A stretch of 63,601 bases of DNA, counting the filler, from Basidiobolus meristosporus CBS 931.73 (taxonomy: Eukaryota > Fungi > Basidiobolomycota), in the NCBI GenBank assembly GCA_002104905.1. It is 4 parts of 4 records of this genome, joined end to end, with 100 filler letters (N's around TTAATTAATTAA, not from the genome) between each part and the next. Parts side by side here need not be neighbours in the genome. Positions count along the whole stretch, not along the records: positions 1 to 22,312 come from MCFE01000979.1; positions 22,413 to 35,999 come from MCFE01001202.1; 2 more parts are not named here. One strand, given 5' to 3'. The notes under the pieces are model-generated. The model was not told where the DNA came from. It did not search any database and was given only the letters and a program-made list of their open reading frames with translations. Below are positions 19,392 through 29,949 of the stretch, in pieces. Position 1 is the stretch's first letter. Each line of letters starts with the position of its first letter. A program made the position numbers and the translations under genes.

Positions 19392-21625
19392 TTATCCGAC
19401 TAATTTGGAGTAAAGAATTTCCAACTTCTGAGGGTTGAAAACGACAGAAGACCCAAATTGGATTGTTTCCTGATGTGGACTTCCCTCGGGCAGCGAAAAG
19501 GAGTACCTTCGCACTGGAGAATGAATCAAAATGTTATTAAGTGATACCCTAGGCTTTCAAGCTTGAGCATTTACCCAGCATGGAAAGCACGATCTTCATT
19601 TCGTTCATCGCAAAACTCTTGCCAATACCTAGAGACAGTTCAGTACACATTCACGGACAAATACTCCTAGTACACACGCTTACAAAGCCTAGAGCCGTTG
19701 GTGAAGGGGCACCAGGCTGGGAGGTCCTGAACTTGACCTCCAGAATTCAGCCATCTCTCCGGATCCACCATTGTTGGATTTTCCCAATACTGCTCGTCCC
19801 GCTGGAGAGCATAGATGTTCAGGGTAATCAAGCTTCCCTTGGGAATAGGTATCTGCCCAAGCATGGTATCACAAGCAGCCATTCTGGTTGGCAGTATGGG
19901 CGCAGGGGGATACAGCCGCATGCTCTCCTTGATGGTAGCTTCAAGGTAGTGTAACACTACCGGATCGGGGTTAGATAGATGTATTGAAGATAGCATCATG
20001 GTCGGAAAATACTCTTGATTTCTGCGGTTGATGGGATGTCTTCGGTAGAGGCATGGGACTTGAGCACGCGGTTAACTTCTTCTCGGACTTTCTCTTGAAT
20101 TGCTGGATACTTCGCCAGTACATAAATCACGGATGACAACGAGGAGGCGGTTGTATCTTTTGATTTGGTATTAGTAATGGATCGCCATTTCCAACGATTG
20201 AAAAGTGGTCGCTTTTACCGTGACCGGCAATACTGAGAACAACCGCTTCATTCTAGATCGAACAAAAGCTTCTTAATTTTTATGCTCATCAAGCTGATAC
20301 GGGATTGACCTACGAGCATTTCATCGAAGCTTAATTGTTTTTCCGACCATGCTTTGACAAGAACAGAAAGTAGGTCATTAAATCGGTGGTTGCCTGGCTC
20401 GTGGCTGAGCGCAGCTTTCTTTTTCGATGGCTAGATTTCCTAGCCAATCCCGAAAGCGTTCCACAGCGTCCAGCTCCCTCTTCCTCTTTCCGAATATGAA
20501 GCGGTCTAATATTGGGAACGAGATGTACATCATATCGAGAGCAGCTTTGGTTGCTACATAATACGTAGTGACATGCTCACTTTCCGGGTTTTGGATTGCC
20601 TATCGGTTTTGGTCATTACTAAGCAGCCGAGCCCAACAAATCTGGCCATACCTCAAAGTTGTACCCGTAGAGGACTTTCCCCAGAATATCTAAGGTCATC
20701 CTAGAAGCAATATGTAAGCCGGACCTGGAACATGGCCCTGGAATAGCTGAACACCTACAGTTGTATGGCATGATACATGTCGGGAATCGCCTTCTTAGTG
20801 TCCAACTCCTTGAAGAAATCAAGCACTACTCCACCGATACTTGATGGCTCCCAACCCAATTGAAATATCGGCCAAACAATCTCACGGCGCAGCTTCCATT
20901 CCTACGACGGCATTACTTTTCCTGCACAAATGCAGCATAGATATGGATTCTTCTAACCTTGCCATTCCTGATGGGTCAGAGAGTTGGAAGGTTAGAGATA
21001 GCACGGTAATGAACAATCTATGTGGAAGCGATATGGTGACGAATAATCTACTTGGAGGTGGTATGGCACCAAGTAGCATGTGCCTCTACTTACGTAAAAA
21101 TGATGTTTGCTCCCACGAACTTGTAGTTGAGGGAGTACTTGACTGAAGTAAGCGGGACCTTCGGAAACGTCGCTGAAAGCATATCAGAAAACCTTCGTTT
21201 GACCAGGGCTACTCTTGGGCTGTACCTGTGTCTCGGTAGATTTGCTTGAAATACTCCAACTTGGAAACCTAAGAAAGAAGCGTATCAGTCAGGGCCAGAA
21301 AGAATCACGCTGCTGATCATTGATTGATTACCATCACTCCGGATACTCCTTTGATGTACGTCTGTGGGGTACATGATTAGCTTAGCATCCATTGGATATA
21401 ACTGGTTGGCACGTACTCGCGCAATGCCATGCTCACGTAGTTTCGGGATAAAATATTTCTCGATAATATCCGCCATCTCCATTCCACCAAGCATCCGGAG
21501 TGCGACGGTAAAGATCGGGGATCTTGGGAAGGCTCCGGAACATTCCTGGTCGAGACTCCGAGAACCATTTGTATTTCACAAAGAACAACCAAGATGATGG
21601 AGAATATAACGGACGAAGGTATCAT
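19392..21625 (-). CDS. Cytochrome P450, 13 exons, about 490 aa if the frameshifts are corrected (may be a pseudogene)
   Basis: Manual splicing. Exons: 21417-21625, 21332-21361, 21226-21268, 21094-21172, 20958-20967, 20759-20901, 20652-20700, 20314-20599, 20219-20252, 20013-20156, 19684-19956, 19575-19628, 19392-19513. All 12 introns are GT-AG (52-126 nt). Motifs: AGHDTT, ESMR (ExxR), PERW, FTNGSRLCIG; N-terminal hydrophobic anchor. Exon 1 is net +2 nt and exon 8 is +1 nt out of phase. Confidence 0.88.
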
Positions 21626-21656
21626 TTTTCGGCGCCAACCACCGCAACCCGTAGGG

Positions 21657-21664
21657 CTTTTATA
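21657..21664 (-). promoter_or_regulatory. TATA box candidate for the P450
   Basis: TATAAAAG on the minus strand starting 39 nt before ATG 21625 (AAAAATG context). Confidence 0.5.
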
Positions 21665-22312
21665 GTTTCGCATCTGAGACGGTATTCGTCATTCGTATCG
21701 TAGGCCCAAGATCGCATCTACTCCTGACATTGAAATCGTGATGGAAAACGAAGCAACACCGAATCAGCAATGTGCACCCCTCATAATTTATTCTAGCAAG
21801 GGGGTTTCAATCGGTTACATGTTACAACGAGCTCGGCTAAAAATTAATTATAATATGTGGGTTCCAATCTAACCCTTGTTATGATGTGACTCACATGGAA
21901 AATCAGCTTGCAGTAGGGGATTGTCCCCCGCTTTCGGTTGCCAAGATCTTGTAAAAAGGAGGTCACAATCAGCTTTACTAGCAAGTAATACCAAGGATGT
22001 TATGACTCATATAGATATCCGCCCGCAGCAGAGGATTGCTCCCCGCTCTCGGAAGCTAGAGGCCCAATTATTGCGGTACAAAAGTTGCAAAGCGGGGGTC
22101 CCGAAGACACGAGGTGGCCGACAACGGACTTCAAGTTGTTAGGCTCTCGAATCACATGGATGCGCTCCAATACGGGGAAAGCATAAAACGCCAAACCCTT
22201 GTCTTGTATAAGAATAGGCGAATATGTGGAGAGTTCGAAGAGAAATGTGCATATTCGCCAGCACTTCATGAATATGACGGATATGGCTCTTCTGTCGACC
22301 GGATATCTGATG

Positions 22313-22412
22313 NNNNNNNNNNNNNNNNNNNNNNNNNNNNNNNNNNNNNNNNNNNNTTAATTAATTAANNNNNNNNNNNNNNNNNNNNNNNNNNNNNNNN
22401 NNNNNNNNNNNN
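22313..22412. other. Artificial contig spacer
   Basis: N44-TTAATTAATTAA-N44; stops in all six frames; identical at three places. Confidence 0.97.
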
Positions 22413-23058
22413 AATGTAGAATAGGTAAAGACAGGTGCCAAGAACATATGGGCAAAGTTTGGGGCTGTTTGGACAACTTATCTAATTTTCATGTTCTGGG
22501 TACCTGGTATTTTGGTAAAAATATTCCAAGTAAATCCAACAAGGAATTGGTCAGTATTCTCAGGGATTTGAAGGATAGGATCTAAGTGGCTAAGTTAGGT
22601 GAATATTTAGGTGGAAATACAAATTTTTTACAACATATCTTAAGTGGATATCCACAGTTCCTTTTAAATATCTCAAAGTCTGCTTAACTGCTACAATATG
22701 ATCAGATCCATAGTTCTGGAATATACTTGGATTGACTTAGGGTGATAGTCTGGGTACCTCTGTCTATAGAGGACTATATTTCTAAGTAGTAACTGAGCAC
22801 TTGTAGACTGGACATCTTGAACTCTTTAGATAGGCTGGATTTAGTCTCTTCCAATGTTGCTAGGTTATTAGCAGCTTTAATAAGATTCTCCATATATAGA
22901 GCTGATAGAGCTGGATTTGCTTTATCTAGCTTATAGTATAGACTATAGTCAGCATTACACCTTTTCAAGCACAAGGATTCCAAATAAGAAGCTATCTTGC
23001 AATTCCAGGCTCTTGGTGGTTGTTTGAGACCATATAGATATTTTTAAGCTTGCAGAAT
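22413..23058 (-). mobile_element. Ty1/copia relic: LTR fragment plus RT fragment
   Basis: 22413-22635 resembles the right half of the 37654/40616 LTR and ends TTACAACA. The minus strand encodes CKL-K-LYGLKQPPRAWN and LYMENLIKAANNL...EFKM, matching copia RT. Confidence 0.7.
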
Positions 23059-23804
23059 AATAGACTTGTTCCATTGTACCGTGCCAGGGCATGCGGCGCA
23101 ATCCGCAGTTGTAAAGAACAATGGGGGGCAATATTATAGCTACCAGAAGGAAGGATTGCTCCTGGACAATTTTGCACTATGCGGGACAATCTTGCACACT
23201 ATGGCACAATCTGACACGATGAGGTTGGCACGGATGATTGCGCCAACTTGTAATGTTTGCATCACATGCGCAATTGGATACCGCTATTATGGCAGGTAAA
23301 ATCCAGTATTTGGATATGTTTCTTTAATGTATATGGAAATAAATGTGTATCACACTATAAACTACACTGATACTTACCATTTTGGTTACCCTCACTCCAA
23401 TTGGATGGTATCTCAGTGGTTAATTGGTCCAAAAGTATCCTGAAGCTGGCAGCCCCCAATTGGCTTATTGACTACTAAAGAAGCTACCTGATTTGCCATC
23501 AAATATCCCATTTTGCTCATTGAGGAAGTAAATCCCTGATCCTAGTGATTGGGCAAGGTGTCATAGCCAGCATGCAAGCAATTGTGTAGGTGCAAAACAG
23601 ATCCAATAGCTGCACTGGTATTACAGATGACGTATATATATGCAAGGTGTTTATTTATAGGGGTTCTGTCTCAAATGTGAAACAACCTTGATATTACTTA
23701 TATCAAAAATTTGATGATCACTGATTTGCAATGGCTTAATTCAGATTGCAAAAAAAATGGGTTGTCAGGATCATTATGAATTTGAGCAATTCAAAGCAAT
23801 TGCA

Positions 23805-25058
23805 TTATCTTCTCCTGGGTTTTTTTCTCACAGGGATTACTACTGAAGCATTTGGTAGTGCCTCACTTTGCACACCTATACTACTTCCTGGCTGACTATC
23901 ATCTTGGCTACTTGTGTATTTGCAGTCAGTATTTTGCCTCCTAGTTGATGAGTGCAATGCTATAGCTTGGCCGCACTGAATTGCTCCGACTGAACCGGCC
24001 TGTAGTGCCACGCACTGACGCGTTCTTTTACTTGCCAAGGGCTCTGGTGGTTGAGGCACTTCATGTTGGTCATCATCAGTCAGTTCACCAGAAGTGACTT
24101 GCTGATGGTCAGGCAAAACGGCACGCGCAGGCGCGCCTTGATGCGTTGAGATGGCCCTTGGCTGAGTTTGATGTGATGCTGCAAGTTGACGCGACTTGGT
24201 CTGCACCAATGGACTTGTGTCTAAATGAGCAGTTTGGCGAGTTCTTGTAGTTTTGCTCTGAAGCGCGCGCGTTGACCCGACGCATGTTGACTCAGTGCGC
24301 ATTGACTCAATGCGGGGCGTTCTGGTTAAGGGTGTTGGCGTACTCTGGACTGACGTGCGCCGGCATGCTGTGGTTGCAAGAGATGGTAGGGAATCCAGCA
24401 AGGCGTGCTGGCGCAATCTGGACAATGTTTCTTGCGGTCTGTATTCTTCCTCCTGAAGCTCACCATCTGATTCCTCAAGGTATTCACTTACCCTCTGTCT
24501 GATACTTTGGAGCTGTTGCCTGGATGAGTCCTGTGTATATTGCTCTCAGAAGCCACTTAGCTCTACTAATATATCACGTAGTACATTAGTCATTTGAGGC
24601 AAAAACTCATTCAAAATCTCTTTGGTTCCCAAAGTTGAGGCACGAACAGACGCGTCCAGCCTGTACTGTGCAAATTGCGTGCAAAATTGCTCCCGCACGG
24701 CTTCTTTGTCAAATCCCCTCACTCTCAGCTCATTCTTGATTTCAATACTTGTCTTGTTATATATCTTTTTACATACATTGGCTGGTATCTTGATGTAGAA
24801 CTCATGCCACAGCTTTCTACTCAAATTCTTCCATCTTTGTTGACTCTCTGAGGTATCTAGTTCTGCTAGGTTAATCAGTAGTGCCCAAATATCTGTATGA
24901 AGGCTCATCATTGACACTTGGGCCATACTAAAATCATTTGGCAACAACTCAAACAGATCCAACATTGACTTTTCCGGTCCAGACCACGCTTGTGAGCTGG
25001 GGGATGGGTTTTGTCTGGGTTGTACTAAAGATGAGTTGAGGCTTGGTACGGGGACCAT
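23805..25058 (-). pseudogene. PHIS accessory ORF (417 codons) split by one in-frame TGA; possible degenerate Myb/SANT-like segment
   Basis: ORFs 24546-25058 and 23805-24425 are in the same frame; the 120 nt between them are open; IWALLINLAELDTSESQQRWKNL resembles MADF helices; basic tail RKKPRRR. Confidence 0.65.
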
Positions 25059-25417
25059 AGCAATGGATTTGGATACTTATACAGCAGTATATTGGCATCA
25101 ACCTGGTCTTATATGAAATATATATGAAAACTAATGTGATTGTTGAATTTTCCATATATTTTGCATGATGCATCTTGGATTGCGTTGACACGGATCAGAT
25201 CACATCAATTGCAGTTTTCCTATATGATTATAGACCTATGATTAAAGCATCAATAGAAGTACCAAGGCATTGTTTGTGGATGATTTTTGCAACATAATGA
25301 TGGGATACATGGCAATTGATGGAGATTTAACCATAATGTATTAAAAATCAGATAAATAATGCAGATTGCGCCAAATCAATTCAAACCGCCTTTATACAAT
25401 CATCCACCAATTTTAAT

Positions 25418-26302
25418 ATGACTTACTCATCTGAATGGTCTTTTCTCATCAATCCCATCACTACCACTGGATTTCCTTTTGACACACTAGAGGAGATCTA
25501 TTCCAAGTACTGTGGACCATCAACCCCAATCTACTCAAGGAGATCCCTTGTCAAGCTTCTCTGCTATTACAAGAACTATTGCCCTACAAGGTTTCATCCC
25601 ACCATCCATGGCAACAAAAGTCCTAGAAGCTTTCATTCCCAGCTGACAGCAATGGAGAACCACCTTGCAGAGGGTATGAATGACTTAGAGCAAGCTTGGA
25701 ATACTAGGTTCAGAAGCTCCGATAGACTTCCATATCCCGGAGCGTTCAGCAACAGGTTCCATATCAGGAGTATTTTGGATACCTTCCCAGAGAGGATTAA
25801 CAGACCTTCTAGAGGGCAGAGGCGCTTTTATTCTGGCAAGTACAAGGCACACTGTGTGAAGTTTCAAGCACTGTCTGACATTGAGGGTAACATCATCTGG
25901 TTTAGTGGGCCATTTGCTGGAAGTAGGCATGACAAAGCACTCTGGGTAGAGAATCATCCTGAATTCAGTAGAGGGGAAAAATGTATGGCAGACTTAGCCT
26001 ATATAGGAGACAATTGTCAGAGATTAGGATGTATTACAACTTATAGGAAGCCAAGGAATGGTGTGCTTAGCAGGAAGCAGAAGCTCTACAATGAGATATT
26101 TAATCATTTCAGAGTGAGGGTAGAGCACACATTTGGATATCTGAAGAGATTCAGCATATTGGCAGGTAAATACAGAGGAAAGTCATATATAGGAGAAAAC
26201 AGCAAAATAGGTAAAATAGTTAAGATACTTGTTAATGCACAGTATGTTCATACAAGAAGACATCCACTGAGAGAAATGTGTTTGGAGCATTATGAAGAGT
26301 AA
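25418..26302 (+). CDS. DDE transposase, IS5/PIF-Harbinger-like (DDE_Tnp_4 type), 294 aa
   Basis: LDTFP (D), FYSGKYKAHCVKFQ, SGPFAGSRHD, ADLAY (D), RVRVEHTFGYLKRFSIL (E); uninterrupted ORF inside the TIRs. Confidence 0.9.
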   Translation: MTYSSEWSFLINPITTTGFPFDTLEEIYSKYCGPSTPIYSRRSLVKLLCYYKNYCPTRFHPTIHGNKSPRSFHSQLTAMENHLAEGMNDLEQAWNTRFRSSDRLPYPGAFSNRFHIRSILDTFPERINRPSRGQRRFYSGKYKAHCVKFQALSDIEGNIIWFSGPFAGSRHDKALWVENHPEFSRGEKCMADLAYIGDNCQRLGCITTYRKPRNGVLSRKQKLYNEIFNHFRVRVEHTFGYLKRFSILAGKYRGKSYIGENSKIGKIVKILVNAQYVHTRRHPLREMCLEHYEE

Positions 26303-26489
26303 ATAAAGCAAGGAAAGCACTATTCTGAGCAACATAAGTAAGATTAAGTAAAATTACCAGTAACTGTATCATACCACTGGCATCATGGTAGAAATCATAG
26401 TGCCAGATAGTGCTGTAGAGTGCCAGATCAATCAGGCACCATAAACAGGCTGGCACTATGTGGCACTATCCAACGGAACAAGTCTAATA

Positions 26490-27410
26490 TATGTATTATG
26501 AGAATCCTTGGGCCACAGGTTTTGCTTTGCATCTTCCAATTGTTCCATCATCCTTGTATCTTGTCTTAAAGACCCATCTGCATCCAATTGATTTTTGGTT
26601 GATTGGTAACTTGACAAAGTCCCATGTTTGATTTTCCATCAAAGCCTGATATTCTGCAGTCATTGCAGATTGCCAAACCTTTATCTGAGGGCTATTTAGG
26701 GCCTCTTTTATAGTCTGGGGCTCATCAATATGGATTGAATAGGTAAAGGCTAAGTTTGTGCCCTCATTGGTATAGTCATTTGGGCTATTTCTTGTCCCAT
26801 TGGATCTCCAGGAATTTAATACTGAAATAATCACTTCTGGGATATTGCTGGGCACTGATTCAGGCTGAACCACAGTTTTACAGTCCTCTGGAGTGAGAAA
26901 TTCTCATTGTTTTGCCCTGATTCAATCCTGACTATTGGCAGACTTGAGACCAAGTTTTTGTCATCTACTGATGTCATTTTTGGTGAAAGTTTAGAATTTT
27001 CTTCAAACAATACATCCCTGCACTTCATTAGCTTTGTTGCTTTGATATCGCAGAGTCTGTATGCTTTACTCTCATTGCAGTAGCCCAAAAATAAGCATTT
27101 CACACTTTTTGGCTCAAACTTTGACTGATTTCTGGGCAGTTTCTTGGCATATGCTGTACACCCAAATATTGTTAGATGCTCTGCACTTGGTCAGTATCAA
27201 TACCATGATTCAAATGTAGTGGAATCACAGAATATTCTGCTACAACTCCTATTTTTAAGGTATACAAGAAATGCATGGTATTCTGATGTTCTTGATGCAC
27301 TCTAAATTCATTTGAGCAGACCAAGCTGGCCAATGCATCCAAAAAAATTGTCTTATATGACAAGAAACCTGATGGTGTTATGATGGTCTCATTACAAACC
27401 TCTGCTGGCA
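26490..27410 (-). mobile_element. Ty1/copia pol relic (integrase C-terminus to RT start)
   Basis: KCLFLGYCNESKAYRL, EPQTIKEALNSP...W..AM..EY..L..N.TW, CRWVFKTRY. Confidence 0.85.
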
Positions 27411-28594
27411 TTGTAACAGCAGTACAGTAGCCTACAGCTAGTTCTGCACAATGTCACAGCACCAATTTACCAAATGGCACTTTGTAGTTCTACTGCCCTT
27501 TGCATCATTCCTACTTTCTACTGCAGACTCACCCCTTGTTTTTTTTGCTAAGCCACTGCTACCTTGGGTAATTCACATAAAGCTGAAATCAAAAAACTAC
27601 GGCCTTGTGCTTACTAATCTGTATATATGCTTGCACCTGCTGCAATTGACATACTTCTATCAGCTAAACTTTTTGGCTTTTTAGTATAATGCTTGCAAAG
27701 TTGGCATACACCTTGTATTGCTTGTAGCATATATATCTTGCACAAATATGTTTGGTTGCTGCCACTATTGCCATAAATACCTCCTGAATATCTACTAATA
27801 GCTTTTTGGCATTTAGCCAATATATTTTATTGCCCTGCCAGATTCAAGTATCTCTTAAGGAAGCACTCTGGCTCATGTTTGTGTTAATTATTTATTGCAC
27901 AGTGTAGAAACTGACTTTTGACAAGAGAAACCTGACGTACTTTTGTAAAGCTGTCCTAAAAGAAAATTATTGCTGATTGTGTCCAACCCAACCATGCATA
28001 GCTTAAATGACTACCCAGGTATTGGGGTTGCTTTGCTTCTTAATGCCAAAGGCAGAAGTGTCACCATTGGCACATCTGTCCTCAATATTTCCAACTCTTT
28101 GCTGGCTATCCTCTATATATCAGCTCATCACATATTTGACAGAATAAAATGTTGTATTCTTAATGAGATTGGCATACAACAGTACCTGCAACTTAGCTCA
28201 TCTACCTATCTCCCTACAAATCTGCTCCACAGGAAACTCCCAAAAGGTGAAGCAAAGCCCAGTATTGTCCACACACTTAGCAAGATGGAGTAGATAAGGG
28301 ATACAGTAGCGGCAGAGATCTATGAGTTCAGCTTTATGCTAGTAGTATAGACACTCAAATCCTGTCACAAACTCCTGCATGAATACTGGAGATATGTTAA
28401 ATTTGCATAGGTGATCTGCTTCTGGATATAAGCATTGCTACACTCTCAACATATGACTCTCAATGCTTGCAATGTACTCTTGGTAGAAATGGTTTCAGAA
28501 GGCCACTTGAAACAACACATATCCAGCTCATCCAGTCCTTGCATTTGAATGGTTTCATATGAGTATAAATATTTATAAGTAATTTTCTGTGGAC

Positions 28595-29792
28595 AGTTTT
28601 GCAACATAATTATTGGATACAAGATAATTGATGGAGATTTAATCATAATACATGGAAAATCAGATATATTATACTGAATGCGCCAAATCAGTTCAAATTA
28701 CACTTACTCCATTGCATACCAACCTTGATATGACTTACTCATCTGAGTGGTCTTTTCTCATCATTTGCATCACTACCACTAAATTTCCTTTTGACACATT
28801 AGGGGTCAACAATAACAAGTACTGTAGACCATCTATCCTAATCTACTCAAGGAGATCCCTTGTCAAGCCTCTCTGCTATCACAAGAACTATTGCACTTCA
28901 AGGTCAAATCCCACCATCTATGGCAACAAATGTCCTAGAAGCTTGCATTGGCAGCTGAAAGCAATAGAGAACCACCTTGCAAGGGGTATGAATGATCCAG
29001 AACATGCTTGGAACACTAGGTTCACAAGCACTGATAGACTTTATATCCAGAGTTTTAGTTATAGGTTCCATATAAGGAGTATTTTGAATACCTTCCCAGT
29101 CAGGTTTAACAGACCTTCTCAAGGGCAGAGGTATTTTATTCTGCCAAGTGTAAGACACACTGTGTGAAGTCTCAAGGACTGTCTGACATTGAGGGAAACA
29201 TCATCTGACTTAGTGGGCCATTTGCTGGAAGTAGGTAGGACAAAGCACTCTGAACAGAGAATCATTCAGTATTCAGTAGGGGAAACAAAGGTGTGGCAGA
29301 CTAAGCTTATACATGAGATGTTTGTCAGAGATTAGGATATATTACAGCTTATGTAAAGCAAAGAAATGGCATGCTTAGCAGGAAGCAGAAGCTCTACAGC
29401 AAGATTTTAATCATTTCAGAGTGAAAGTAGATACATACATTTGGATATCTAAAGAGATGCAGCATACTTGCAGGCAAACACAGAGGAAAGTCCTATAAGG
29501 AAGAAAATGGCAGAATTGGTAAATATTCCAGATACTTAATAATGCACAGTGTGTTCATACATGAAGCCATCCACTGAGAGAAATGTAAGCAAAGCATTAT
29601 GAAGAGTAAATACAGCAAGAAAGAAACTATCTTGAGCAAAATAAGCAAGACCAAGTAGAGTTATCAGTAGCTGTATCCTACCACTGGCACAATCCTAGAG
29701 ATTGTAGTGGCAGATGATGCCATAAAGTGCCAGATAAATCTAGCACTATAACTGAGCTGGCTATATATGTGACTATCTAACAGAACAAGTCT
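28595..29792 (+). mobile_element. Decayed PHIS copy 2 (transposase pseudogene and right TIR)
   Basis: ORF 28652-29167 is homologous to 25418, followed by frameshifts and stops; ends AGAACAAGTCT followed by AAT. Confidence 0.85.
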
Positions 29793-29949
29793 AATAGATA
29801 TAGAGTCATATATCTGAAAGAAAGTAGAAAGTTAGTGCTATAAATTGGTCCTACAGTGACTAAAACTAGTCCAGAACAGTTAAGTAGATTTTTAGCAGCT
29901 GAATATACCAAATATCTTGATATTTCTCTGCTCATCTTCACCTAAACCA

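Larger units (their letters stand above)
23062..26485. mobile_element. Full-length PIF/Harbinger-like (PHIS) DNA transposon, 3424 bp
   Basis: TIRs AGACTTGTTCC...GGAACAAGTCT; AAT on both sides (3-bp TSD); subterminal GGCAC(T/A)AT motifs; transposase and a divergent accessory ORF; both flanks are copia RT in collinear order. Confidence 0.85.

Noticed and set aside
21900-22312. ORFs near the contig end (21921-22142, 22000-22269, 22114 onward)
   Set aside because: The region is CpG-rich and may be genic, but I found no recognisable motif or splice model and it is cut by the spacer
22357-22368. TTAATTAATTAA as a biological palindrome
   Set aside because: It is centred in identical N-runs three times and is an assembly linker
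23300-23800. Possible PHD or zinc-finger third ORF in the PHIS element
   Set aside because: Manual translation gave stops and no convincing Cys/His spacing
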